Part shown: positions 1 through 8,967 of the stretch, piece after piece
How positions within the stretch are numbered: position 1 is the stretch's first letter
Layout of the letters: each line of letters starts with the position of its first letter
Source of the DNA: Candidatus Kaiserbacteria bacterium
Lineage (GTDB): Bacteria; Patescibacteriota; Minisyncoccia; Phycocordibacterales; UBA2100
Reading direction: 5' to 3'
NCBI GenBank assembly: GCA_016867375.1
Contig: VGJQ01000004.1
Location: forward strand, 1-46,722
DNA length: 46,722 nt
Position numbers and translations under genes: made by a program
Notes under the pieces: model-generated
The model's database searches: none
Told to the model about the DNA's origin: nothing
The model's input: only the letters and a program-made list of their open reading frames with translations

Positions 1-88
1 CCTAATGGAATCGAGAAGTGCTACCTCCCAACCCTAAGGTGAAGTGTATTTTTTTTGCCCTCCTTTCGAAAGCTGCTATGATGACACG

Positions 89-1822
89 ATGAATCTCGAA
101 TACATCCGCCACACCCTCGCGCATCTCATGGCAGCTGCTGTCAAGGAGCTTTACCCTGAGGCCCACCCGACTATCGGCCCCGCGATCGACAATGGCTTCT
201 ACTACGACTTTGATACGGAAAAACTAAAAGAAGACGACCTCAAAAAGATCGAAAAGAAAATGCGCCAACTCCTTCCCTCCTGGAAAGAGTTTACCCACGA
301 AGTCGTCACTGCCGACAAAGCGCGTGAAGTATTTGCAGGCAATCAGTACAAAATCGAACTCATCGACAATCTCGAAAAAGAAGGCGCGACGATCACGCTC
401 TACACGTGTGGTGGATTCACCGACCTCTGTCGCGGCGGGCACAGTGAGTATCCGTCCAAAGAAATCGCGCCGGATTCATTTCAGCTCGACAAGCTCGCTG
501 GCGCCTACTGGCGCGGCGACGAGAAGAACCCGATGCTTACCCGCATCTACGGCCTCGCATTTGAGAGCAAAGAGGCACTCGATGCATACCTGGCACAGCG
601 CGAAGAAGCCGAAAAGCGTGATCATCGCAAGCTCGGTGCCGATCTCGACTTATTTCATTTTGACGAATCGATCGGCAAAGGGCTCCCGATCTGGCTCCCC
701 AAAGGAAATATCATCAAAGAAGAGCTTGAGAACTGGGCAAAGGAAATTGAGCAACAGTGGGGCTATAGCCGCGTGACGACTCCGATTATCACCAAAGAAG
801 ACCTCTTTTACACATCGGGTCACCTCCCGCTCTACAAAGACAGCATGTACGCACCCATCCAGATTGAAGGGGAACAGTACTACATCAAGCCGATGAATTG
901 TCCGTTTCATCACAAGACGTTTGCTGCGCGACCCAAGAGCTATCGCGATCTCCCCGTGCGTCTCGCAGAATACGGCTGGTGTCATCGCTATGAAGATTCC
1001 GGCAGTCTCTTCGGTCTCATGCGCGTGCGCGGCATGCAGATGAACGACGCACATATTTACGTTGCCAAGGAAGATGCAGTGGAAGAGTTCGTCAACGTCA
1101 TCAAGTTGCATGAATACTACTATCAGGCGCTTGGTATCACAGACTACCACATGGAGCTCGCGCTGCGGGACCCGGCCAAGATGGACAAATATCATGGCGA
1201 CGAGGATGACTGGAAAGATGCCGAGCGCATGACGATCGAAGCGATGGAAAAATCCGGTGTGCCATATGTCGTCGTCAATGAAGGTGCAGCATTTTACGGT
1301 CCGAAGATGGATTTTCAGATCAAATCGATCACGGGGCGCATGTTTACCGCATCGACTAATCAGCTCGATCTCTACATGGGCAAGCGCTTCGGACTCGAAT
1401 ACACTGGCAAAGACGGCGAAAAGAAAACGCCTGCGATCATTCACCGAGCACCTTTGGGGACGCACGAGCGATTTATCGGATTTCTCATAGAGCATTTCGC
1501 CGGTGCGTTTCCGACGTGGCTCTCCCCTGTCCAGGTGGCGATTCTCCCGGTGTCCGAAAAACACGCGGACTATGCCGCGCACATTCGTGAGCAGCTGCAG
1601 GGTGCTGGTGTGCGCGTCGAAGTGAGCGACACCGACAGCCTCGGCAAGCGCATCCGCGCCGCCAAGATGCAGAAAGTCCCGTATGTGATCGTCATCGGCG
1701 ACAAAGAAGTCGAACAACAGAATCTCACCGTCGAGAGTCGTGTGGGCAAATGGGATACGACGCCGTCGATAGAAGAATTCGTCACATCGATCACCAAAGA
1801 GATCAAAACGCGGTCTCTCTAA
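89..1822 (+). CDS. thrS: Threonine--tRNA ligase (short form, no N-terminal TGS domain)
   Basis: Motifs RHTLAH, IGPAIDNGFYYDFD, DLCRGGH, RDHRKLG, KPMNCP, GAAFYGPK. ATG at 89 lies 6 nt after a TATGAT -10 box. Confidence 0.97.
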   Translation: MNLEYIRHTLAHLMAAAVKELYPEAHPTIGPAIDNGFYYDFDTEKLKEDDLKKIEKKMRQLLPSWKEFTHEVVTADKAREVFAGNQYKIELIDNLEKEGATITLYTCGGFTDLCRGGHSEYPSKEIAPDSFQLDKLAGAYWRGDEKNPMLTRIYGLAFESKEALDAYLAQREEAEKRDHRKLGADLDLFHFDESIGKGLPIWLPKGNIIKEELENWAKEIEQQWGYSRVTTPIITKEDLFYTSGHLPLYKDSMYAPIQIEGEQYYIKPMNCPFHHKTFAARPKSYRDLPVRLAEYGWCHRYEDSGSLFGLMRVRGMQMNDAHIYVAKEDAVEEFVNVIKLHEYYYQALGITDYHMELALRDPAKMDKYHGDEDDWKDAERMTIEAMEKSGVPYVVVNEGAAFYGPKMDFQIKSITGRMFTASTNQLDLYMGKRFGLEYTGKDGEKKTPAIIHRAPLGTHERFIGFLIEHFAGAFPTWLSPVQVAILPVSEKHADYAAHIREQLQGAGVRVEVSDTDSLGKRIRAAKMQKVPYVIVIGDKEVEQQNLTVESRVGKWDTTPSIEEFVTSITKEIKTRSL

Positions 1823-1828
1823 TTTCCA

Positions 1829-1867
1829 ACTCCAGTAAACTCACCAATTGGTGAGTTTACTGGAGTG
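1829..1867. repeat. Palindrome (ACTCCAGTAAACTCACCAATTGGTGAGTTTACTGGAGT)
   Basis: Perfect inverted repeat immediately after the thrS stop. Confidence 0.75.
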
Positions 1868-1892
1868 TCCGAATAGAGTTGTCTGTTCACAC

Positions 1893-1930
1893 AAAACGAA
1901 AACTCCCTGTTTTAGGGAGTTTTCGTTTTC
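1893..1930. terminator. Bidirectional intrinsic terminator
   Basis: AAAACGAAAACTCCCT-loop-AGGGAGTTTTCGTTTT between convergent genes. Confidence 0.75.
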
Positions 1931-1976
1931 ACTTTGGAGCGCCTATAGGAAGCGGGCGGCGGCAGTCGATTACTTT

Positions 1977-3557
1977 TTAGGCGCGGTTGATGAAGATGCG
2001 CGGCATCTCATCGGCATTGTGAGCCTGTGCGATCACCATGGTGTCGCTCGTCGCATTGCGGACTTCGCGTGTCGGGAGATCGGTGAGTACCGTGCTCGGA
2101 GTGCTTGAAGTCTTTTTCTCTGCGACTGCTGTTGCCGCGGTCTGCGTCTTTGCGGGCTGTGCGCGGCGGCTGCCTGCAGTCCCGAGAGCCAGTGCGAAGC
2201 CTCCCTTGTAGTAGACCGCGAGGTAGGCTGCGGCGATCGCGAAGGAGAGAAGAGCTGCCCAGTAGAGTCCGTTGCCGACAGGGCCGAAGTCAAAGCCAGT
2301 GTACGGGATCTGCGAGAGCGAGACGTACGGCTTCACAGGGACCTGCGGCGGTACATATACCGGCGGCTGAGGCACATAGACAGGTGGCTGGTATACCGGC
2401 TGAGCCTGATAGACCACTTGGGTCTGGCAAGTGCCGGTGCCCCCTTCGCCGTAGACGGTCATCGTGTAGATCGTCGTGCCACTCACGGGATAGACCGTCG
2501 TCGAACCGTTGGGATTGACCGAGCCGACATTTGGGCTGATCGATGCGGTGTATGCATTGGTCGAGGACCATGAGAGCGTCACCGGGCTATTGCTGTAGCT
2601 GTTGTAGTAGGAGCTTGAGACCGAGATCGTGCAGGTCGGTGCCTGGCGATTTGCCGGGAAGGTGTAGTTGATCAGCTGTTGGATCGGGGTCTGGAAGACC
2701 GGAGCCGGGTTGTTGTTGATGTTGGTGTTGGTGATAGTGATCGGCTGGCCGTTGACCGTGATCGTGTTGGTGTTGTTGCCTGTCGTATTGGTGTTGGTCG
2801 TCGTATTTTTGATCGGACCGACGGAAGTGCTGTTGTTGATCGGACCTGTCGACGCCGATGCAGTCGTGTTTTGAGTCACCGTCTGATTGCTCGGGATGCC
2901 CGGAGTTGACGGTGTGATGGAGATGGAGATCGGGTTTGACTGCGTCTGAGTGTTGCCCTGTGACTGAGACTGAGTCTGAGTCTGGCCCACCGGACCCGAA
3001 GGGGTGCCGACGACCACAGGACCTGCCATAGAATGTCCGAAGCCGGAGGGCCAGCCCGTATTGATCGGCCAGGTCGGGATCGGGCCGCTGTCTACAAAGT
3101 AGCCGCCGCCAGTCGCATATCCACCGTATCCGCCATAGCCTCCAAATCCGCCTATGCCACCGTAGCTTGGGGTGTAGGAGTACATCGGGGAAGCATAGTT
3201 TCCGTAGTTATAACCACCAAAGCCGTAATCCGGGTACGAGGTATCGTAATAGTCGTTGTACGCAGAGGTGTCGTAATAATCGTAGTTGTATGCGGACGTA
3301 TCGTAATAGTCGTTGTACGCAGAGGTGTCGTAATAATCGTAGTTGTATGCGGACGTATCGTAATAGTCGTTGTACGCAGAGGTGTCGTAGTAGTCATAAC
3401 TGCAACATCCGCCGTCGTATGAGCCGCCGTCGTAGCCATACGCGGAGGTATCATAATAATCGTATTGCGCGAACGCGACCGAAGGAATCATGCCGCCAAG
3501 GGCAAAAATCGCTCCGACAGACATGATCGCAATTTTCTGTGAGTAAGTATTGTTCAT
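1977..3557 (-). CDS. Secreted Tyr/Asp-repeat surface protein with Ig-like domain and C-terminal IPYTG sortase-type sorting signal
   Basis: Signal peptide ending VAFA, YDYYDTSAY repeats, T/N-rich linker, PKD/Ig-like segment (VTLSWSSTNA...TTIYTMTVYG), then LSQIPYTG, a TM helix and basic residues. Confidence 0.8.
   Translation of the reverse strand: MNNTYSQKIAIMSVGAIFALGGMIPSVAFAQYDYYDTSAYGYDGGSYDGGCCSYDYYDTSAYNDYYDTSAYNYDYYDTSAYNDYYDTSAYNYDYYDTSAYNDYYDTSYPDYGFGGYNYGNYASPMYSYTPSYGGIGGFGGYGGYGGYATGGGYFVDSGPIPTWPINTGWPSGFGHSMAGPVVVGTPSGPVGQTQTQSQSQGNTQTQSNPISISITPSTPGIPSNQTVTQNTTASASTGPINNSTSVGPIKNTTTNTNTTGNNTNTITVNGQPITITNTNINNNPAPVFQTPIQQLINYTFPANRQAPTCTISVSSSYYNSYSNSPVTLSWSSTNAYTASISPNVGSVNPNGSTTVYPVSGTTIYTMTVYGEGGTGTCQTQVVYQAQPVYQPPVYVPQPPVYVPPQVPVKPYVSLSQIPYTGFDFGPVGNGLYWAALLSFAIAAAYLAVYYKGGFALALGTAGSRRAQPAKTQTAATAVAEKKTSSTPSTVLTDLPTREVRNATSDTMVIAQAHNADEMPRIFINRA
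3241..3389. repeat. 57-bp tandem repeat (about 2.6 copies) encoding YNYDYYDTSAYNDYYDTSA
   Basis: Identical units start at 3241, 3298 and 3355. Confidence 0.9.
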
Positions 3558-3598
3558 AAGGTTTTCGGAAACGCTTGTAATAATCAGATTATAAGACC

Positions 3599-3626
3599 AT
3601 TATATCAAATCAAATAGCTTTGTCAA
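3599..3626 (-). promoter_or_regulatory. Sigma70 promoter TTGACA-16-TATAAT for the surface protein gene
   Basis: Consensus hexamers on the minus strand upstream of ATG 3557. Confidence 0.7.
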
Positions 3627-3682
3627 CCCCCCCTCTAGTCAGCCTCTTAGTAAGGATGGTAGGGAGAAAAATTAGGGTGCGG

Positions 3683-4141
3683 CTACGGAGCCGCACCCCT
3701 GAGCGCCCCTTCGGGGGTGTGAGAATTGCACCACGCACTTCCCTTGAGACACAAAATCCAGCCCGGAGGGGCCCGGTTGAGGCCAGCCCCGATATCAGCT
3801 TCCGAAAGCACTGCTTTGTTGTCTGTGTTGCAGAGTTGGATCTCCACTGCATTGCGGTATCTAAACGCACCGTAGCAAAATCGGCCTCGTGTGGTGTGGA
3901 CCGGCTTTGGGTCCGTCCATTTGCGGCCACCCGCATATGTAATCGAGGCGACCACACTGTCAGGATGCCACTGGTCGAAGTTGATGGGTATGCATGGCAA
4001 GGGTTTTAGTGCGCGTGGCCTTGGGTGATGATACGCTCTGCATGCTTCATTCTTACAGCTACCGTCTTTTGCCGGAGCTTGCAGAATGGTGCACATGGAA
4101 GCGATCATTGCCGCACTGATGACAAAGATCTTTTGCAGCAT
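3683..4141 (-). CDS. Hypothetical secreted Cys-rich protein
   Basis: MLQKIFVISAAMIASMC signal-like N-terminus and several Cys; no recognised family. Confidence 0.55.
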   Translation of the reverse strand: MLQKIFVISAAMIASMCTILQAPAKDGSCKNEACRAYHHPRPRALKPLPCIPINFDQWHPDSVVASITYAGGRKWTDPKPVHTTRGRFCYGAFRYRNAVEIQLCNTDNKAVLSEADIGAGLNRAPPGWILCLKGSAWCNSHTPEGALRGAAP

Positions 4142-4315
4142 CCGGATGTTCTTTCTGTTGCAAGACCCTCTTCGTGAGAGTCTGAACACGTACGAAATTA
4201 ATCGTAGATATTCAGAATATCGCGAAGACATTAAAAAACGTGAAGAAGAAAAAATGAGGAGCGGTATAATATCTTGTCAGATACGATACCGCTCCATCCA
4301 TAAGTCCGTCACCAC

Positions 4316-4831
4316 TTAGTCATGGTGAGGGCAGGCCCAACGGGCGTGAATGCCGACCTTTTTGACGAGTCTCGCCCGCGAGCCATCAGGACAGGTAAAC
4401 GAGTTATTGTTCCCCACTACCTGATGATTCTTGAGAAAGCCGTCTTTAGGTGCCGGACCGAGCGACTCGTAGGCATCGGCAGCGATCTCTGCCGGAGATT
4501 TCCGATGAGGACCTTTTGCCCGCGGATCGCCTTGGGGATCCTGCTCTTCGCCTTCAAACAAGCCCGTGCCGGAGTCATTCAGCTTAGGCGCCGGAGGCGT
4601 CTGCGGCTGCCCGCCCTTTTCCAGCTTCTCAATGCGCTCGCCGAACGGCTTGAGCGCCTCAGTCAGCTGTTCGAGGGTAAGCGGTGTCGGTTTCGGCTCC
4701 TCCTGCTGGACGACCGGCGCCAGAGGCTTTTCAGCCGTCGGCGACGAGTGCCACCAGCGCCACCCGAGGCCGCCGAGCACGAGAAGTGCCGCAGCACCTA
4801 TTAGAAACTTCGAGTTTTTCCAGAAGTTCAT
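4316..4831 (-). CDS. Hypothetical membrane-anchored protein
   Basis: AAGGAGG SD before MNFWKNSK, then TM helix, Pro-rich linker, short coiled coil and C-terminal CPDG...WACPHHD. Confidence 0.7.
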   Translation of the reverse strand: MNFWKNSKFLIGAAALLVLGGLGWRWWHSSPTAEKPLAPVVQQEEPKPTPLTLEQLTEALKPFGERIEKLEKGGQPQTPPAPKLNDSGTGLFEGEEQDPQGDPRAKGPHRKSPAEIAADAYESLGPAPKDGFLKNHQVVGNNNSFTCPDGSRARLVKKVGIHARWACPHHD

Positions 4832-5079
4832 GAGTAGTTCCTCCTTGGTGTAGTACACCCCGGTGAGGGGGTGACGGATCATGTCGGTCACGGTGTTATC
4901 CATAACCATTCCCTTTTTTGAATGGGCTCTTCCGTCGTCCAAATACGTATGGCACGGAAGTGACACTATTGTATCACTGGTAAATATTTTGTCAATACCA
5001 TCGGTACTGTCATATACGGCCATGAAGTACAAACAAAAAAAGCGCGAAGAATGGGTACTTCGCGCTTATATATCCTGAG

Positions 5080-6138
5080 TTAGGTCCCCTCCTCATCAGA
5101 ATGTTCTTCATTGGAGGGTTTGTTGCTTCCATGAGGCTTGGAGCCAGCGGCTGCTGCCACATTGACCACAGGTATGGGGTTTGCACCACCACCCGACGAT
5201 TGGATGGTTGTTTCGTTTGCCTGGCCTCGGCCGACGTTTACCTGTCTCCGAGCCTTTTCCCTGAGATCATCGCGCTCCCCCTTCGGTAGCGCATTGAAGG
5301 TCTCTTTCGTGTATCCCATTGAATGGATCTGCATCCAAATGAGCTCGTTGACGGTCTCCATATCAGCCTTCTCGGCGACGCGCTGTAGGTGTTCACCCAC
5401 CGCGCTATCGGCAAATTTCTTGAGCTTGCCCTCCGGTCTGATGCCGGTGATATCGAGATTTACGATGCTCACGCCGAGTTGTTTGATATCCGCTTGACCA
5501 CTTTCAAGAGCAGAGTCAGTAAACTCTTTGAGGATCTCCTTGTCGGATGTGTATGGCGGTGTCAGGCCGGTGAGCATGGCGATGAGTTTTGCGGTAAACA
5601 CATATTTTGCGAACGCGATTTCTTCCCACGTCATTTCAGTGCCCTTATCGCGGATCTCTTTTGCCAAGAGCGCCAGGGCGCGTACAGCGACTTCTTCGCG
5701 TCCTCCGTTGTCGAGGAACAAGCGAAAGCGTTGTGCCTCATCGTAATCCGGCTTCATCACGAGGAGTCCCTCGACGATGACGGATCCTCCGGGGACCAAC
5801 GCGCCATCATCGCTTTTGAGCGAGGTGCGGACGTCGTCGATCGCAAACGGTACTTTGATCGGCTCGATTTTCTCCTGACGCATATCCTCAATGTACGGCG
5901 CCAAAAACACAGGGCCTTCTCTGAGAATGACCGGATACCGATATTCGAGAATATCTGGCATCGCGACCATGGGAGATGGCTTTGATGGCACCTCTCGATA
6001 TGAGGCAATGCCGATGAAGACTATAAGCACGACAAGGCCGAGAGCAATCAGAATCATCCATGACATGCCGGTGGCGAAGCAAAAGATCGCTGCGCCGCCA
6101 AGAACTGCCATGAACCATTCCGTCACAGTGCGTGGCAT
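5080..6138 (-). CDS. SPFH/Band 7-like membrane protein
   Basis: N-terminal TM helices, EGPVFLAPYIE, LGVSIVNLDITGIRP followed by an A/E-rich helix; GGGAGG SD. Confidence 0.6.
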   Translation of the reverse strand: MPRTVTEWFMAVLGGAAIFCFATGMSWMILIALGLVVLIVFIGIASYREVPSKPSPMVAMPDILEYRYPVILREGPVFLAPYIEDMRQEKIEPIKVPFAIDDVRTSLKSDDGALVPGGSVIVEGLLVMKPDYDEAQRFRLFLDNGGREEVAVRALALLAKEIRDKGTEMTWEEIAFAKYVFTAKLIAMLTGLTPPYTSDKEILKEFTDSALESGQADIKQLGVSIVNLDITGIRPEGKLKKFADSAVGEHLQRVAEKADMETVNELIWMQIHSMGYTKETFNALPKGERDDLREKARRQVNVGRGQANETTIQSSGGGANPIPVVNVAAAAGSKPHGSNKPSNEEHSDEEGT

Positions 6139-6281
6139 GAAAACCTCCCTATGTTGTTAAGAGCGAGCGGCCAGGTGGCCACGGCTGTGAATATCTTTAC
6201 CACGAAGTAATGAAAAAAGCAAGTCCCTGACCAACAAGAAGCCCCGGACCTAAGGATCCAGGGCTTGAAGGAATCGTTCCC

Positions 6282-6524
6282 TTATTTTTTGATCACACGC
6301 CAGAGCACGTAGCCGATCACGGCTATAATGACGTACTGGCCGAAATCATACCAGAGCTGGTGTATAAATACTTTGAATTGCCAGCTCGTGAGGTGCATGG
6401 CGGGTTGCACGTGCTTATGCATGATATCGCGTGACGATCCCGGTTCTACCTCGACGTCGTAGATCGCGATGATGAGCATAAGCAGGAGCACGGTACCCGC
6501 GCAGAGCAGGATTTTCTGCAGCAT
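6282..6524 (-). CDS. Small two-TM membrane protein
   Basis: Two hydrophobic segments; AAAGGG upstream; hairpin at about 6240-6268 downstream. Confidence 0.6.
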   Translation of the reverse strand: MLQKILLCAGTVLLLMLIIAIYDVEVEPGSSRDIMHKHVQPAMHLTSWQFKVFIHQLWYDFGQYVIIAVIGYVLWRVIKK

Positions 6525-6651
6525 GAGATGCTACCCTTTCTTAGAGAGGTACTAATGTAATTGTACCACATATTATTCGAAAAGGGAAGGTATTTACAAA
6601 ACTAAGATAGTATGGTAAACTCTTCGGCGGAGCTAAAATCGGAGGTGAGAA

Positions 6652-6993
6652 ATGTGGAAGAACCTTTTCAAGGGCAAGATCGCCGATGTCATTATCGCCA
6701 TTTTGATCGTCGCGGCTGCCCTGGGTCTCATAGCTGAAGTGAGTCGGACTCATTTCACTTTCTTGCACGCACCGGTCGTCGAGGCATCACAGATGATGCA
6801 GCCGATTCTCGTCTATCTGGCCATGGCGCTTGTCATCTGGTTTTGCATCAGGGGCATGCTCTCCGCTCTCTGGGAGCCGTTTAAGGCCAAAGAGGAGCCA
6901 GCCAAAGGCGGCGGAGGTGGCGGAAGCAAGAAGGATAAAAAGCCTGACCAAAAGAAGAGTGATAATAAGAAAAAAGGCGAGGCGAAGCATTGA
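6652..6993 (+). CDS. Small two-TM membrane protein with Gly/Lys-rich tail
   Basis: GGAGGTG SD, two TM helices, GGGGGGSKKDKK tail, downstream terminator. Confidence 0.7.
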   Translation: MWKNLFKGKIADVIIAILIVAAALGLIAEVSRTHFTFLHAPVVEASQMMQPILVYLAMALVIWFCIRGMLSALWEPFKAKEEPAKGGGGGGSKKDKKPDQKKSDNKKKGEAKH

Positions 6994-6996
6994 TGC

Positions 6997-7084
6997 GGCG
7001 CCACACGATCACGAGTGATCGTGTGGCGCATTCTTTTTGCGTATTCAAAAAAGAATTGGCCGTCGCGTGAAAGCGACGGCCAAG
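6997..7084. terminator. Pair of intrinsic terminators between convergent genes
   Basis: GCGCCACACGATCAC/GTGATCGTGTGGCGC followed by a T-run, and TTGGCCGTCGC/GCGACGGCCAA. Confidence 0.7.
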
Positions 7085-7101
7085 GAAAGATCTGTCCGAT
7101 C

Positions 7102-7833
7102 TCAGAAGCACCCTGAGTGGAACGGGCACTGGACGTTGCCGGGCTTTCCCACTACCACGTCGGTGCCAGGATACACGCCATTACCGGGATCATAACCGTT
7201 ACCGGGGTAGTTTCCGTATCCGATATCTCTACCGGATCCGGCGATCCCCCCGTGACCGACGTCCCAGCCGTATCCGGCAGGTGCGCCGAATCCCGGCACT
7301 GCAGGAACCCCCGGATTTGAGGGTGTTCCTGGAGGCGAGCGAACTCCCGGATCTGAAGGACGTCCCGGGCGTGAGGGAACGCCAGCACGCGAAGGAACTC
7401 CCGGCATTGAAGGAGCGCCAACACGTGCAGGTGTACCAACGATTGCAGGCTTTCCTGCATCCATCGGTACTCCCACAGGTGCCGTCGGGAAGTGGAATGT
7501 TGTGTAATTCGGTCCCGAAGGCACGACATCATACCCAAACGGCTTGATCGGGCCGAAGCTGATGCGTAGTGGCTTTTCCCAGCCCTTGAAGTAGTCCGAC
7601 CAAGAGTATTGCTTCTCTTGTGATGGGCTCGTACGCGGCGGCTGTTGCTGCGTGAAGCCTTGCGGCTTCGGCGGCAACGGACGATCGATGTGCGGGATGA
7701 TCGGCAGATGACCCTGCCTCTCTTGCTGATCAAGATAGGCGGTGCCGACCAGACCGATCAGCAAAAGAATACCCACTCCTTTTGCCGGTGTTTTCCAATC
7801 CGCCATCGGCGGTTCTTTTTTCTTCTTGGCCAT
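7102..7833 (-). CDS. Membrane-anchored Pro/Gly hexapeptide-repeat protein
   Basis: GAAAGGAGGG SD, TM helix, (GxPSxP)n and (GNGYxP)-like repeats, C-terminal CPFHSGCF. Confidence 0.7.
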   Translation of the reverse strand: MAKKKKEPPMADWKTPAKGVGILLLIGLVGTAYLDQQERQGHLPIIPHIDRPLPPKPQGFTQQQPPRTSPSQEKQYSWSDYFKGWEKPLRISFGPIKPFGYDVVPSGPNYTTFHFPTAPVGVPMDAGKPAIVGTPARVGAPSMPGVPSRAGVPSRPGRPSDPGVRSPPGTPSNPGVPAVPGFGAPAGYGWDVGHGGIAGSGRDIGYGNYPGNGYDPGNGVYPGTDVVVGKPGNVQCPFHSGCF

Positions 7834-7877
7834 GCGGCCCTCCTTTCGTTTGTTTGAATCGGATATTGACTGTGTTA

Positions 7878-7906
7878 ATTATACACCATTATAGTTATAA
7901 AGTCAA
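7878..7906 (-). promoter_or_regulatory. Sigma70 promoter TTGACT-17-TATAAT
   Basis: Near-consensus hexamers with a 17-nt spacer upstream of ATG 7833. Confidence 0.75.
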
Positions 7907-7929
7907 TCGCACGGTGAGGTGACAGATGC

Positions 7930-8134
7930 GCGGCAAAAACCCTTGTCTTGCAAGGTTTTTTGCCGCCTTTGATTGAGGTCTAACACTTGATCACGTGGCG
8001 ATCAGATTTTCACAGATATTCCCTATCTGACGCTATAGCGTCAAATAGGGAATATGAGGAAGGCTCAACCTTCCTCAAGTACACAAGTCAGACTTGTGTA
8101 CTTGCTCCAGATATGTCGAGGTCAGACCTCGACA
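7930..8134. repeat. Cluster of five hairpins (REP-like)
   Basis: Hairpins at 7930-7966, 8016-8055, 8056-8076, 8077-8103 and 8114-8134; the middle three are back-to-back. Confidence 0.85.
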
Positions 8135-8189
8135 CTATTGTTTTGTGCGTAAAGTGAGTGGGTGCTTTCTTGGTGTTGGTCAATGATGG

Positions 8190-8891
8190 TCAATTGGTGC
8201 CGACAAAATCTGCTTCGAGGACGAAGCGTGCGCTTTTACCGGAGAGTGTGTCACAGGTGACGAGTGTGAGCTTCGGACTCATCTCGGGTGAGAGCTCGAC
8301 TTTTGCATCATCAGCATTGACTTGGCGTACCGATGAGACGCGATAGCGGTAGGTCCTGCCATTGTCGCCGGTGAGTGTGATCTCGTCTCCCGCTATGAGT
8401 TCGGGGATATCGTTGAATGCGCGGTACATCTGATTTCGTACGACAGGCAAGTGTGAGGTATGTGCGAAGATGAGGACGTTGCCCCGACCTCCGAGCATGG
8501 CCGAATCGACATAGCGCACCGGGCCCGAGGTGAGTATCGCATCGAGTGTTGCGATGTCGCGCGACAAAGGATTCTGTACAGGCAAATCGAGATCAATCGC
8601 GGAGATGGTGATGCGCGTCGGTCGTACGCCGGAGGCTGTAGTCTGACTCGGTATCGCCGCATTGGCGATGATGGGGGCAGACTGTTCCGGGGTGCGCTGC
8701 GTTGCTTTGGCGCGCGGCGATTCGGTGCTGCCTGTGGTGAGCGACGAAGGAGTCGAACCATCGATATAATACGGCACAAATCCGATCGAGTCGGCAGCCG
8801 AAAGCGTGCAGAAGAATACAAAGACGACCAATGCCACAAATACCGAAAACGGCGTCTTTTTCTCGTGGTGTGAAGAGTCGTGCTGACCCAT
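8190..8891 (-). CDS. Sortase
   Basis: N-terminal TM anchor, GNVLIFAH (His), LTLVTC catalytic motif and downstream Arg (SARF). Confidence 0.9.
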   Translation of the reverse strand: MGQHDSSHHEKKTPFSVFVALVVFVFFCTLSAADSIGFVPYYIDGSTPSSLTTGSTESPRAKATQRTPEQSAPIIANAAIPSQTTASGVRPTRITISAIDLDLPVQNPLSRDIATLDAILTSGPVRYVDSAMLGGRGNVLIFAHTSHLPVVRNQMYRAFNDIPELIAGDEITLTGDNGRTYRYRVSSVRQVNADDAKVELSPEMSPKLTLVTCDTLSGKSARFVLEADFVGTN

Positions 8892-8967
8892 AGAATTTAA
8901 TTATATATCAAATATACCATAGTGTCAACTATTGCAGCAGGGCTGTATTTGTGACACGATAATGCTC

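Noticed and set aside
650-1717. Long antisense ORFs over thrS (likewise over gyrB, atpA, atpD, ftsI and prfA)
   Set aside because: Shadow frames expected from GC-rich codon bias; no recognisable motifs.
3241-3389. CRISPR-like direct repeats
   Set aside because: Contiguous in-frame coding tandem repeats without unique spacers.
3683-7833. Prophage or integrative element
   Set aside because: No integrase, terminase, capsid or att repeats recognised.
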